37,266 bases of DNA from an uncultured Candidatus Saccharibacteria bacterium (GCA_964513905.1 CAZENS010000007.1:1-37266); one strand, 5' to 3'; shown: positions 25,971 through 36,468, numbered from the stretch's first letter. The notes: generated by a model not told the origin, from the letters alone. Made by a program: numbers and translations.

Positions 25971-27176
25971 CTATTTTGAATTATAATAGTCGGCTAAAAA
26001 TTGTGCTTTAAATTCTAAAAAAGATCCGTTCATTATACTGCTACGAATATTATCAACCAGCGTAACTATAAATTGTTCGTTGTGGATTGTTGCAAGTGTG
26101 TTTGAAAGCAGCTCGCCAGTCCTAAATAAGTGATGCAAATAGGCACGTGAATAGTTTTTACAGGTATAGCATTCGCAATCTTCATCAAACGGGCGATAAT
26201 CTTCTTTAAACTCAGCTCGTTTGATATTAATTCTGCCATATTTGGTATACAATGCGCCATTACGGCCTACCCTGGCAGGGGAGACACAGTCAAACGTATC
26301 AGCCCCATTTTCGATACAAGCAAAGATATCATCAGGTTCACTAATTCCAAGCATATGGCGTGGCTTATTTTCTGGCAACTCATCGCACATCCAGCCAACA
26401 ATCTCGCCAATGCGAGCCTTTTCTAGTGCGCCACCGAGCCCATAACCATCAAAATCTAGTGCGCCAAGAAACCGTGCACACTCACGTCGTAAATCTTCGT
26501 GATTTGCACCCTGAACAACACCAAAAAGTGCTTGTGGCGGACGATGTGAGCGCTCCTTATTTAGCCGCTTGTGTTCTTGCAGGCTGCGTACTGCCCACGG
26601 ATGCGTTCGACGATGCAGCGATTCTACCTGGTAATCATAGTCGTGGTGCAATGTCGTAAGTTCATCAAACGCGAACGTAATATCAGCACCAATTCCATGT
26701 TGAATTTGCATAGATTTTTCTGCATCAAGCCTATGCAAACTACCGTCTAAATGTGACTTAAAGGTGACGCCATCATTATCTATTGTTGCAAGTTTGTCTT
26801 TCTTTTTTGATACGTTTTCACCAGCTTTCCCGGTCATATCAATAACTTTTTTAAAGCCAACCCCTAAACTCATAACTTGAAATCCACCGCTATCACTAAA
26901 CGTAGGACCGCTCCAGTTCATAAAAGTATGAATTCCTCCGGCGTTATCAATTACCTCGTGGCCAGGGCGCAAGTACAAATGATAGGCATTCACCAAGCAA
27001 GCCTGAGCTCCCGTTTCTTGAAGTTGCTCGGGCGTTAAAGACTTTAACGTAGCTTGCGTACCAACCGGAATAAACGCAGGCGTGGAAATGCTCCCGTGAG
27101 GAGTTTCTAAGACACCAGTTCTCCCATGAGATCCGTCAAGCTTATGTGTAACTGTAAAATTGAATCCTTCGTTCAC
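25971..27176 (-). CDS. tgt: tRNA-guanine transglycosylase (queuine tRNA-ribosyltransferase)
   Basis: 'TPAFIPVGTQATLKSL', 'FSDSGGFQV' and the zinc site 'CECYTCKNYSRAYLHHL'. I place the start at GTG 27176 because TGGTACAAT lies 7 nt upstream and this matches the homologous N-terminus. The track ORF extends to a TTG at 27227. Confidence 0.9.
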   Translation of the reverse strand: MNEGFNFTVTHKLDGSHGRTGVLETPHGSISTPAFIPVGTQATLKSLTPEQLQETGAQACLVNAYHLYLRPGHEVIDNAGGIHTFMNWSGPTFSDSGGFQVMSLGVGFKKVIDMTGKAGENVSKKKDKLATIDNDGVTFKSHLDGSLHRLDAEKSMQIQHGIGADITFAFDELTTLHHDYDYQVESLHRRTHPWAVRSLQEHKRLNKERSHRPPQALFGVVQGANHEDLRRECARFLGALDFDGYGLGGALEKARIGEIVGWMCDELPENKPRHMLGISEPDDIFACIENGADTFDCVSPARVGRNGALYTKYGRINIKRAEFKEDYRPFDEDCECYTCKNYSRAYLHHLFRTGELLSNTLATIHNEQFIVTLVDNIRSSIMNGSFLEFKAQFLADYYNSK

Positions 27177-27183
27177 TTGCCTA

Positions 27184-27192
27184 ATTGTACCA
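27184..27192 (-). promoter_or_regulatory. Extended -10 (TGGTACAAT) for tgt; leaderless GTG start
   Basis: The reverse complement of 27184-27192 is TGGTACAAT, followed by 7 nt and then the GTG. Confidence 0.5.
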
Positions 27193-27229
27193 CGCAACGT
27201 ACTATTAATAGATAACGAAGGGAGCAAAT

Positions 27230-27988
27230 ATGCCTAAAAATGAACCCGAAATTTGTATCGAAGTTGATAATTTTTCTATGAAGTTTGGCGATAAAACAGT
27301 AATCGACAATCTTTCCTTTACAGTAAAAAAGGGGGAGACCTTTGGTTTTCTTGGCAGTAACGGAAGCGGTAAGACTACCACAATTCGCGCCCTATTGGGA
27401 ATATATAAACCGACCTCCGGATTGCTGCACATTAACGGGAAAGAGTTTACACCCGAAGATGGGGGCAAACTAGGCTACCTCCCTGAAGAACGAGGACTTT
27501 ACAAAAAAGAATCTGTTATTGACGTGATGACCTACTTTGGCCAGCTCAAAGGACTTACACGTCAAAACGCAAAAGAGTGGTCTTTAGAATATCTAGAAAA
27601 AGTTCAAATAGACGACAAAGCAAAAACTAAAATCGATAAACTTTCTGGCGGCCAGCAACAAAAAGTCCAACTTGGCGTTACAATTATGAATAATCCCGAC
27701 ATTCTTATACTCGACGAGCCCACAAAAGGCTTTGACCCAGTTAATCGACGACTATTGATGGACATAGTGGACGAGCAAAAAAACAATGGCGCAACAATTA
27801 TATATATTACGCACGACATGAGTGAGGTCGAGCGACTTTGTGATCGAGCAATTTTACTAAAAGATGGCAAAAAAGCAGCCTACGGAACTATAGAAGAAAT
27901 ATTTAAACAATTTAATAAGAAAAGTATGGACGATGTTTTCCTTTCGATTTACGGAAAGCAATCTAACCTAAAAGCGGAGGCTATGTAG
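27230..27988 (+). CDS. ABC transporter ATP-binding protein (ABC-2 / NatA-like)
   Basis: 'GSNGSGKTT', 'LSGGQQQKV' and 'ILILDEP'. GAAGGGAG Shine-Dalgarno. Confidence 0.9.
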   Translation: MPKNEPEICIEVDNFSMKFGDKTVIDNLSFTVKKGETFGFLGSNGSGKTTTIRALLGIYKPTSGLLHINGKEFTPEDGGKLGYLPEERGLYKKESVIDVMTYFGQLKGLTRQNAKEWSLEYLEKVQIDDKAKTKIDKLSGGQQQKVQLGVTIMNNPDILILDEPTKGFDPVNRRLLMDIVDEQKNNGATIIYITHDMSEVERLCDRAILLKDGKKAAYGTIEEIFKQFNKKSMDDVFLSIYGKQSNLKAEAM

Positions 27989-27989
27989 C

Positions 27990-29222
27990 ATGGCAAGTCA
28001 TCACAATCTTGGAACGGTTATTTGGTTTGAGTTTACTCGTACCGTAAAAAAGCCTTCGTTTTGGGCGGCAACGCTATCTTTGCCAATACTCATCGCAGCG
28101 ATATTTGCAATTGCTTTCTATAGTCAAAAATCAAGCATAGACAGCCAGGCAAACTTAGCTGAAGAAAAGTTCAGCATGCAATACCTAGATGAATCAAAAA
28201 TAATATCCCCAGAAATTGCCGGTGGATTTAAGGCAAAAAAATCGACCAACAAGTCTACCGCAATTACAGCCGTGAAAGACGGCGATTTAGATGCGTTCTT
28301 TTACTATCCAAAAGACTTAACGAAAAACCCAGTTGAAATATACGCAAAAGACGACGGGCTATTTAATAATGGGAAGTACGACGCAGTTGCAAAGCAAATG
28401 CTCAACCTCAGCACAAGCCAAAGTATTGGAGACCCACAGCTGATTGCAGTTGCTCAAGGTAACATACAATCTACCACAACCGCCTACAAAGACGATGGCA
28501 CAGAGTCTGCCGGCTGGTGGGCAGCGGCTCCACCACTTATATTCTTGGTATTGTTTTATTTTGCAGTTACAATGCTTGGCAATAACTTGCTTAATAGTAC
28601 AGTAGAAGAGAAAGAAAACCGTGTAACAGAAATGATCCTTACCGCTCTTAATCCGACTGACTTAATTGTTGGTAAGTTGATCGCAACGTTTATGGCAGGA
28701 ATTCTACAGGCAATCATACTCCTTATCCCGGTTGTTGCTGCGTACCTATTCCTTGGTTCAGATGGTGCAGGCGCCGCAAACCTTCCCGACCTTACCATCA
28801 TCGACAAGCTCGTGCTGGATCCAGCTACGATGGCAATTGGATTTTTACTATTCATTGGCGGTATGATTCTGTTTACTGGAACGCTTGTTGCGGTGGGTGC
28901 CATTATGCCTACAGCCAAAGAGGCAGGGCAATGGTTCGGTATCGGTATACTCATGATGCTTATTCCGTTTTACATTATGCAACTCATTCTCAGCGACCCT
29001 CAGCAAATTGTAGTATCAGTATTTACATATTTCCCGTTCACCGCACCAGTTACCGCAATGCTGCGCAACGCCTTTGGCTCACTATCACTTGTAGAATCTG
29101 CCACGGTAATAGCGATACTATTTATCCTCGGAAGTTTCATTATTCAACTAGCGGTTAAACTCTTTCGATATGGTGCAATGGAATATTCAGACAGACTTTC
29201 GCTCAAGCGGATTTTTAAGTAA
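27990..29222 (+). CDS. ABC-2 family permease (NatB-like)
   Basis: TM1, a large extracytoplasmic loop, then five C-terminal TM helices. Its start is 1 nt after the ATPase stop. Confidence 0.75.
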   Translation: MASHHNLGTVIWFEFTRTVKKPSFWAATLSLPILIAAIFAIAFYSQKSSIDSQANLAEEKFSMQYLDESKIISPEIAGGFKAKKSTNKSTAITAVKDGDLDAFFYYPKDLTKNPVEIYAKDDGLFNNGKYDAVAKQMLNLSTSQSIGDPQLIAVAQGNIQSTTTAYKDDGTESAGWWAAAPPLIFLVLFYFAVTMLGNNLLNSTVEEKENRVTEMILTALNPTDLIVGKLIATFMAGILQAIILLIPVVAAYLFLGSDGAGAANLPDLTIIDKLVLDPATMAIGFLLFIGGMILFTGTLVAVGAIMPTAKEAGQWFGIGILMMLIPFYIMQLILSDPQQIVVSVFTYFPFTAPVTAMLRNAFGSLSLVESATVIAILFILGSFIIQLAVKLFRYGAMEYSDRLSLKRIFK

Positions 29223-29237
29223 TTACTCAGAATTACC

Positions 29238-29246
29238 TGCTACAAT
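29238..29246 (+). promoter_or_regulatory. Extended -10 (TGCTACAAT); leaderless configuration for the response regulator
   Basis: The ATG at 29253 lies 6 nt after the -10 box. Confidence 0.5.
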
Positions 29247-29252
29247 ATCGCC

Positions 29253-29930
29253 ATGAGAATACTTGTTATTGAAGATGAGATAAAGCTAGCTAAAGCACTA
29301 AAGCGAGCATTGCAATCCGAAGGATACGCTGTTGATATAGAACACGACACAGACGCCGGCTACGCTATGGCCAGCACAGAGCCGTATGGCGCTTTAATTA
29401 TCGATCGAATGCTACCAGGCGATGACTACAAAGACGGCATCGAATTATTAAAACAACTCCGCAAAGACCGAATATTTACACCTACGATATTTTTAACTGC
29501 ACTTGGCGAAACGCATCACACGACCGAAGGACTTGATAGCGGAGCTGATGACTATCTTGTTAAACCGTTTTCTATTGAAGAATTGCTCGCTAGAGTCCGT
29601 GCGTTATTGCGCCGGCCAAAAGAACAAACCGCAACCATTCTACGGGTAGGCAATCTTACTTTAAATACCAACACCCGTGAAGTGCATTTTAAGCAGGTGC
29701 CAATTAGTCTAACCTCAAAAGAACTATCGCTTCTTGAGTATCTTATGCAATCGCCAGGGATAACCCAAAGTAAAGATAAAATCATTTCTGAGGTTTGGGA
29801 TTTTGACGCAGACATCCTTCCAAACACGGTAGAAGTATATATTAAATATCTGCGAAAAAAGATCGACAACACCTTTAACGTGCAATATATTAAAACCGTC
29901 CGTGGAATCGGCTACAAAATAGAGGCGTAA
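29253..29930 (+). CDS. OmpR-family response regulator
   Basis: Receiver domain 'MRILVIEDE...LIIDRMLPG...' and a winged-helix C-terminus '...VRGIGYKI'. Confidence 0.9.
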   Translation: MRILVIEDEIKLAKALKRALQSEGYAVDIEHDTDAGYAMASTEPYGALIIDRMLPGDDYKDGIELLKQLRKDRIFTPTIFLTALGETHHTTEGLDSGADDYLVKPFSIEELLARVRALLRRPKEQTATILRVGNLTLNTNTREVHFKQVPISLTSKELSLLEYLMQSPGITQSKDKIISEVWDFDADILPNTVEVYIKYLRKKIDNTFNVQYIKTVRGIGYKIEA

Positions 29931-30934
29931 TGCACAATATTCAATCAATGTTTGAATCGGCGACGCTAAAGCTTACAGGCTGGTATCTTCTTATTATTAT
30001 GCTGATTAGCATTTCGTTTAGTATTCTAGTATATAACTTTGCGCTAGGGGAGCTATCGGCAAGGCTTGGTGTTATTGGCACTCGCATCGAGGAGCGCGGC
30101 GATATCTTTACGCAATTTAATTACAAAAGCGTACAAGAGCACCAATACGAAGAGGCGGCGAATAACTTCCTTACGTTGCTGATCTATTCAAACTTAATTA
30201 TTCTTGCGGGGGCGAGCTTTGGTAGTTATCTTTGGGCTCGAAACACACTACGCCCAATCGAAGAAGCTCACGAGGCGCAAAGTCGCTTTACGAGCGACGC
30301 TAGTCACGAACTACGCACGCCGCTGTCTATCATTAAAGCAGAAACCGAAGTAATCCTACGCGACAAGCGTGCCTCAAAACAAGAACTCAGGGAGGTGCTG
30401 CAGAGCAACCTGGAAGAGGTTACACGACTGAGTGACTTATCTACGCTCCTGCTGCGCCTAGCTCAGCTCGAGGTTGTGAACGACGATTGGGAGTCCACCA
30501 ATTTACATTCAGTGGCAGCAGAGGCAATTTCAGCATTCCCCAAGAATCAACAAACCCTAATTACTTTACAAGCAAACAAGGCCGGCCCAGTAACGCAGGC
30601 GCACCCCGAAAGCATCAAAGAAGCGGTAGCTATACTCATAGAAAACGCACTAAAATACAGCACACCAACAGACAAGATCCTCATCCGTACATTCAAGGAG
30701 CGTGGACGGTTCTGTATCAGTGTAAAAAATCGCGGAGCCGGCATACCAGAGAAAGATATTAATAAAATATTTGACAGATTCTATCAATCAAGCGCATCTC
30801 GATCAAAAAAAGATACTCCGGGCTATGGATTAGGTCTTTCTCTTGCCAAAAAAATCATTGAACTTCACCACGGAGAAATTACTGTAAAAAGTAAACTAAA
30901 CGACACCACAACTTTTACTATCCGAATTCCCTAA
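29930..30934 (+). CDS. Sensor histidine kinase (2 TM, HisKA, HATPase_c)
   Basis: 'SHELRTPLS', 'NALKYS' and 'GYGLGLSLAKKI'. The start overlaps the regulator stop (TAATG). Confidence 0.9.
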   Translation: MHNIQSMFESATLKLTGWYLLIIMLISISFSILVYNFALGELSARLGVIGTRIEERGDIFTQFNYKSVQEHQYEEAANNFLTLLIYSNLIILAGASFGSYLWARNTLRPIEEAHEAQSRFTSDASHELRTPLSIIKAETEVILRDKRASKQELREVLQSNLEEVTRLSDLSTLLLRLAQLEVVNDDWESTNLHSVAAEAISAFPKNQQTLITLQANKAGPVTQAHPESIKEAVAILIENALKYSTPTDKILIRTFKERGRFCISVKNRGAGIPEKDINKIFDRFYQSSASRSKKDTPGYGLGLSLAKKIIELHHGEITVKSKLNDTTTFTIRIP

Positions 30935-31029
30935 AAAACAATTGCCATTAAGCTTATTCTCAGATTCGATTGGCATACTGATGATAGATGAGGGCAATAC
31001 GCAATCATCATAACAAAAAGGAGTATGCA

Positions 31030-31497
31030 ATGAGTACACCATCAACAGTTTATTTAAGTAAAAAAGGCATGAAAGAGCTGAAGAAATCTATCACTCAGCT
31101 GGAGCGCCAAGTTAAACACGCACAAGCAGAATTAAGAGACTTAAGTGGCGGAGATTCACGAGAAGAACGCTACGAAAGAATAGAACGGCTATCCCGAGTA
31201 GAGTCGCTAGAAGCAGACCTTATTGAGAAAAAGTCGCACCTTTCAAAAGCCAAGTTGCTTCCGCGAAAACGCGATGCACTAAAGGTTGCGATTGGATCGG
31301 TAGTCGACCTGCTTGATACAAACGGTAGGATATTTCGTTACACGCTAGTCAACAGTATCGAAGCAAACCCTAGTGACGGGCGAATATCAGTCCAAAGTCC
31401 ACTTGGAAAAAGTCTAATTGGCCGCACAGCAGATGACACAATCCAGTGGAGCGCCGGCCTGAAAGCAAATAAACTCCAGTTAATCCGCATCAGCTAA
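31030..31497 (+). CDS. greA: GreA/GreB-family transcript cleavage factor
   Basis: The coiled-coil N-terminus has the acidic tip 'GGDSREERYE'. C-terminal domain 'GSVVDLLDTNGRIFRYTLV...ISVQSPLGKSLIGR'. AAGGAG Shine-Dalgarno. The track ORF is over-extended to 30988. Confidence 0.8.
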   Translation: MSTPSTVYLSKKGMKELKKSITQLERQVKHAQAELRDLSGGDSREERYERIERLSRVESLEADLIEKKSHLSKAKLLPRKRDALKVAIGSVVDLLDTNGRIFRYTLVNSIEANPSDGRISVQSPLGKSLIGRTADDTIQWSAGLKANKLQLIRIS

Positions 31498-31514
31498 GTA
31501 TCACCACAACGATC

Positions 31515-31544
31515 AAAGTACCAGATTCACCTCTGGTACTTTTT
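31515..31544 (+). terminator. Intrinsic terminator after greA
   Basis: AGTACCAGA / TCTGGTACT forms a perfect 9-bp stem followed by TTTT. Confidence 0.8.
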
Positions 31545-31568
31545 ATATTACAACAAATATTTTCGGTG

Positions 31569-31574
31569 TATAAT
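31569..31574 (+). promoter_or_regulatory. -10 box TATAAT (context GTGTATAAT); leaderless configuration
   Basis: The ATG at 31582 lies 7 nt after the box. The alternative ATG at 31573 overlaps the box itself. Confidence 0.45.
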
Positions 31575-31581
31575 GAAGGTA

Positions 31582-34098
31582 ATGCTTTACTATAGTCAAT
31601 CTACAAAACAAGCGCTGGCCTCGCTAAACACATCAAAAAATGGGCTCTCATCAGCAGAAGTCAAAAAACGACTGTCGATTTACGGAAAAAATGAAGTTAA
31701 ATTAAATCGAAAACCGCTTTGGCGAATTATTATAGAGCCGTTTGCAAACGTGTTTATGGCGGTACTTGGTGCTGCGGTAGCTCTAAGCCTGTGGCAAAAA
31801 GAGCCGCTTGATGCAAGTATTATCGGATTCATCATGATATTGAACGCCGTAATCTTTTACATTCAAACTTACTCAACTCAAAAAGTGCTTCGTACGCTAG
31901 AAAAGAAAAGCCAACAAAAAGTAACTGTTGTTCGCCACAAAAAAGAGCAGAAGATTGATATTTCGCTTCTTGTTCCCGGCGATATTGTTTTACTAAGCGA
32001 AGGAGAGAAGATACCGTCAGACGGACGAGTAGTTGCGGCTAATCAGTTGCGCGTGAATGAATCTCAGCTAACCGGTGAAAGTGAGCCAATCAGCAAACAT
32101 TCCGACCCCGTTAACAGCGAGGCGCCAATTTACGAACGAAGTAATATGGTGTATCAAGGCTCGTTTGTAATCGGTGGAAATGCAAGTTATGTTGTAACAG
32201 CCACTGGCAATAAAACTGAATTCGGAGCAATTGCAAGCCTCGTAAAAAAAGATGATCTTGTGAGTCCAATTCAAAAAAAGATTGATACGTTAATTTCCCA
32301 GATTATAATTGTTATACTTGCAATATCTATTGTGGCATTTGGGCTCTCTATTGTGCGAGGCATGGAAATCATCGAGGCTCTACGCTTTGTTCTTGCAATT
32401 GCCGTATCTGCCGTACCAGAAAGCCTACCTGTTGCTATTTCTGTTGTACTAGTACTCGGAATGCGTCGCATGGCAGCAAAAAAAGCATTGGTTCAAACAA
32501 TGCGCTCCATAGAAACAATTGGTGCCGTTACGACAATTGCAACAGATAAAACCGGTACACTGACCCAGAATAAACTTAGCCTATCAACAACGTGGCAACC
32601 ATCTACTAATACCGAAGATCTTACACAGCAGGCTGTTAAAGCGATATCATTCAGCAAACACTCACTCAGCGACCCGCTCGATATAGCAATTACAGAATTT
32701 GCAAAAAAAGAAGGCGTTAACCTGACTCGCCACACTCCACTCACTAGCTTTGCGTTTGATCAGGATCTTGCTATGAGCGGTAGTCTTTGGCATAGCGGAA
32801 AGCAATACGACCTATTTGTAAAAGGAGCGCCCGAGCACATACTACGGCGTAGTAAATTATCAAAAAAAGAACTAAGTGAAGCAAAAACAGAGCTAGAAGC
32901 GCTGACGTCACACGGATATCGTGTAATTGCAGTTGCGCACGCTACGACTCAAAAGCCTGTGGATCTACTCAGTAACTTGCCACCAAAAACACAATTCAGC
33001 TTCGACGGATTTTTAGCTGTAGCAGACCAGTTGCGCCCAGAAGCAAAAGCCGCCGTAAAATCTGCTCAGCGGGCGGGAGTAACTGTTCGAATGATAACCG
33101 GAGACCACCTGGAAACTGCATATTTTATCGGGAAAGAGCTTGGTATGGTTACAGAGCGAAGTCAAATATTTGATAGCCGAGAAATAAATACCATGACAGA
33201 TAAAGAGTTGGCGAAAGTACTAAAAAATGTGCGTGTTTTTGCCCGCGTGATTCCAGAGCAAAAGTATCGAATTTTAACAATATTAAAGCAGCATAATATT
33301 ACAGCCATGACTGGAGACGGTGTCAATGATGTTCCCGCTCTATCGAGCGCACACGTTGGGCTCGCAATGGGCAGTGGATCACATATCGCAAAAGATGCTG
33401 GAGATATTATTTTGCTTGATGATAACTTTAAAACCATTATCGATGCACTACGAGAGGGGAGAACAATCATCAGCAACGTTCGGCGAATGCTCCTCTTTTT
33501 ACTCTCTACTAATGCTGGTGAGATCTTAACAATGATGGCATCACTTATTATGGGGCTTCCGATTCCGCTCGTCCCAGTGCAAATTTTATGGGTAAATCTT
33601 GTAACGGACACTTTTATGGTAATACCTCTTGGGTTGGAGCCAGCTGATAAAAACACGCTATCAGACAGGCCAACTCGCCCAAATGCTCCAATACTATCAA
33701 AAGACATGATTATCCGAATGTTGCTCATCTCTCTATCTATGGCAGTTCTTACAATCGCCGGCTTTATCTACTTCCTGCAAACTCATGGCATAGATTACGC
33801 CCGAACGGTAGCATTTCATATACTCGTTGTTACCCAAATCGCCAATGCGTTCTGCGTACGAAGCGACTACGGATCAATTTTCGCAAGCCTACGCGTATGG
33901 AGTGCTCCGTTCTACGTTGGATTAGCGGCAACCATCGTAGTACATGGACTCACTTTGTTCACTCCTGTTGGCGACATTCTTCATATGGAGAAACTTCACC
34001 TTATTGACCTTGCCGTAACTTCAACCCTTGCGATGATTATTCCAATAGTTGTTAGCGAGCTTCATAAGTTAATCACAAAGCCATCAGCAGCCAAGTAA
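31582..34098 (+). CDS. P-type ATPase, P2 (Ca2+/cation-transporting, SERCA/PMCA-like)
   Basis: 'TGESEP', 'DKTGTLTQNKL', 'KGAPE', 'MITGDH' and 'GDGVNDVPAL'. Ion-site-like 'VPESLP', 'NAGE' and 'LWVNLVTD'. Confidence 0.9.
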   Translation: MLYYSQSTKQALASLNTSKNGLSSAEVKKRLSIYGKNEVKLNRKPLWRIIIEPFANVFMAVLGAAVALSLWQKEPLDASIIGFIMILNAVIFYIQTYSTQKVLRTLEKKSQQKVTVVRHKKEQKIDISLLVPGDIVLLSEGEKIPSDGRVVAANQLRVNESQLTGESEPISKHSDPVNSEAPIYERSNMVYQGSFVIGGNASYVVTATGNKTEFGAIASLVKKDDLVSPIQKKIDTLISQIIIVILAISIVAFGLSIVRGMEIIEALRFVLAIAVSAVPESLPVAISVVLVLGMRRMAAKKALVQTMRSIETIGAVTTIATDKTGTLTQNKLSLSTTWQPSTNTEDLTQQAVKAISFSKHSLSDPLDIAITEFAKKEGVNLTRHTPLTSFAFDQDLAMSGSLWHSGKQYDLFVKGAPEHILRRSKLSKKELSEAKTELEALTSHGYRVIAVAHATTQKPVDLLSNLPPKTQFSFDGFLAVADQLRPEAKAAVKSAQRAGVTVRMITGDHLETAYFIGKELGMVTERSQIFDSREINTMTDKELAKVLKNVRVFARVIPEQKYRILTILKQHNITAMTGDGVNDVPALSSAHVGLAMGSGSHIAKDAGDIILLDDNFKTIIDALREGRTIISNVRRMLLFLLSTNAGEILTMMASLIMGLPIPLVPVQILWVNLVTDTFMVIPLGLEPADKNTLSDRPTRPNAPILSKDMIIRMLLISLSMAVLTIAGFIYFLQTHGIDYARTVAFHILVVTQIANAFCVRSDYGSIFASLRVWSAPFYVGLAATIVVHGLTLFTPVGDILHMEKLHLIDLAVTSTLAMIIPIVVSELHKLITKPSAAK

Positions 34099-34115
34099 CT
34101 GCTACAAGAAGAGCC

Positions 34116-36461
34116 TTACACTTCGGACGAAGACTCTCGTTTTGCAATTCGCTTTCCGGCTCGGTTAGCAAGATACCACTGAAGCAGCGCAGATACAATA
34201 ATAAAACCCGATACAGGTAGAAGATCTGCAAACGCAGGCTGCGTAAAGTCGAAGAAGCTACGGGCGAACCCAAAACCAAATGCAGCACTAGCAACTACTG
34301 TTGCCAGAATAATATATAAAGCTCGAGCAAATTTTGCCCAAAAGTCATACGATATTCTTAGTAACCGTGGCATAAGTAGCACAAGGTAAATTCCAAAGAA
34401 CGTAGCGATAATAACAGTCGTAGTAGTAACACTCTTATGATCAGCTGTACCGATACTCGTCATATACCAGTAGCTAAATGTAACCGTTATGCCAGATATA
34501 AACGAAATCGGCAGGACGGCAAAAAGCGTATCTCGCCAAAAATCTTTAGGATTCACCCGATAATTTGGCTTAGGCGGAAACAGCGTCCACATAATAGTAG
34601 GGAGCGTCACTAAAAATACGTTCATAAACGTGTTATGGCGAGGCTCAAACGGATAAACAATGCCGAGCGCCATTGTAGCAAGTAATAAAAATATGCCGTA
34701 TAAAATTTTATGAAAGAACAGTGTAGCGATAATCTCAATTGCTTGCATGATCCGATTACCTAACTTCATACCAACTGGCAGTGCATTGAAAGAATTATTC
34801 AACAGCACAATATCAGCAACGCGTCGACTGGCCGCAGCGCCAGAATACATCGCTACACCCAAGTCTGCCTTCTTGAGCGCTAAAGCATCGTTAATTCCGT
34901 CGCCGACCATGCCAACGAACTTTCGTTGCTGCTGAAATGTTTGAATGAGTTTTTCCTTTTGCTCGGGCAAAACTCGTGCAAAAATTGTTGTACGGTACAC
35001 TGTTTTGTACCATTCTTTTTCATCCATCTGCTCTAGTTCAGCGCCAGTAACAACCCGATCATAATCAATAATTCCAGCTTTTTTTGCAATATATTGAACC
35101 GTGTCAGGATTATCACCACTTATCACACGAACACTAACACCTCGCTGCTGAAGAAAGTCTACAGTTTGAACCACGCCTTCACGAAGATCATTTCTAAGAA
35201 TAACAAGACCTAGCAGCGACACACCCCTTGGCTGTTCAACAAGCTGACGAAGCGGGGTTTTGCTATCCTTACTCACAGCAACAAGCAGCACCCGTTTACC
35301 CTCCTTGGTCAGCTTTTCAATTAAATCCGCTTGTTTTTGAGTTATTTTTGACAACTTGGATACATACTCTGGCGCACCCATGAAAATCGTTTGCTCGGAA
35401 TATGAGCCAATCTTTACTCGAACAGCGCTCATTTTGCGTTCGCTACTAAAAGCAAGGATGTCTAACGTATCGTACTGAGCGGGCGTATCGAGTGCAGCAA
35501 TAATTGCTTCGCCCGTAGCGTTACCTCCGCTTGTTTCTTGTGCGGTAACACTAATCAGCTCACGATAATATCGGCTATCGTTTTTATCATCAAACGCCAA
35601 AAATCTATCAAAAACAACACTCGGTTCGGTAAGAGTACCTGTTTTATCCGTACAAAGCACATTCAACAAAGCCATAGCTTCTATAGCAGTCAGCTTTTGC
35701 GGTAGAACCTGCTCGGCAGCAAGCTTTAATGATCCATACGCCAACAATAGCGTGCTCGCCAAAAGGAGGCCTTCTGGAATTACAACGACTGCGCCAGATG
35801 TAACCGTCTTAAATATGCGAATGAGATTTTCTCCCATGGCTGCGTACACCACAATAACCAACAAAGACAGCCCCAGCGCCCCATAGGTGAGCGCACTAAT
35901 CGCAAAGTTTATTTTACGTTGCAATGGTGTAACTTCTGGTATGTATTCTTTTAGTTTTTTTGTCATTTTACCGGCCTTGGTTGCATGTCCTACGGCAGAT
36001 ACGCGTGCCTTTGCACTTCCTGCCACAACCGCAGTACTTGCAAGAATAGTGTCGCCAGGCTGTTTATATACCGAAGCCGATTCTCCTGTAAGAAGGCTTT
36101 CGTCAACCTCCATGCCCTTGCTCGAAAGGATTATCGCATCTGCAGGTACCTCATCACCTGTAGAGAGTAATATCTCATCGTCATCTTGAAGTTCTGTATA
36201 TAGTACGTCCTCCGTACGCCCATTGGGTAAAATTCGATGTGCACGTGGCGCGCTCATTAGCTCCAGCTTTCTTAGTGCCAAACGTGCTCGCACTTCTTGC
36301 ATAACACCGATTGCAAAGTTGATCGTAATAACTACCGAAACAAAGTACGCATCTCTATACTCACCAAGGAGCAGGAGTATCGCCGCTAGGCTATAGATTG
36401 CGATAACAATGGGGGTAAAAAAGTTGCGGTAAACAATACTAAAAAATTCTTTCGATGTCAT
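34116..36461 (-). CDS. P-type (HAD-IC) cation-translocating ATPase, substrate unclear
   Basis: 'TGESAS', 'CTDKTGTLTEPS', 'GAPEYV', 'VISGDNPDT', 'VGDGINDALAL' and 'IPEGLL'. I place the start at ATG 36461 (MTSKEFF...), 7 nt after TATAAT. The track ORF extends to a TTG at 36488. Confidence 0.9.
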   Translation of the reverse strand: MTSKEFFSIVYRNFFTPIVIAIYSLAAILLLLGEYRDAYFVSVVITINFAIGVMQEVRARLALRKLELMSAPRAHRILPNGRTEDVLYTELQDDDEILLSTGDEVPADAIILSSKGMEVDESLLTGESASVYKQPGDTILASTAVVAGSAKARVSAVGHATKAGKMTKKLKEYIPEVTPLQRKINFAISALTYGALGLSLLVIVVYAAMGENLIRIFKTVTSGAVVVIPEGLLLASTLLLAYGSLKLAAEQVLPQKLTAIEAMALLNVLCTDKTGTLTEPSVVFDRFLAFDDKNDSRYYRELISVTAQETSGGNATGEAIIAALDTPAQYDTLDILAFSSERKMSAVRVKIGSYSEQTIFMGAPEYVSKLSKITQKQADLIEKLTKEGKRVLLVAVSKDSKTPLRQLVEQPRGVSLLGLVILRNDLREGVVQTVDFLQQRGVSVRVISGDNPDTVQYIAKKAGIIDYDRVVTGAELEQMDEKEWYKTVYRTTIFARVLPEQKEKLIQTFQQQRKFVGMVGDGINDALALKKADLGVAMYSGAAASRRVADIVLLNNSFNALPVGMKLGNRIMQAIEIIATLFFHKILYGIFLLLATMALGIVYPFEPRHNTFMNVFLVTLPTIMWTLFPPKPNYRVNPKDFWRDTLFAVLPISFISGITVTFSYWYMTSIGTADHKSVTTTTVIIATFFGIYLVLLMPRLLRISYDFWAKFARALYIILATVVASAAFGFGFARSFFDFTQPAFADLLPVSGFIIVSALLQWYLANRAGKRIAKRESSSEV

Positions 36462-36468
36462 ACAGTTT

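Noticed and set aside
34099-34115. A terminator between the convergent P-type ATPase genes
   Set aside because: I looked for a hairpin with a T-tract in and around the 17-nt gap. Only a 5-bp stem with a 2-nt loop lies nearby, and that is not credible.
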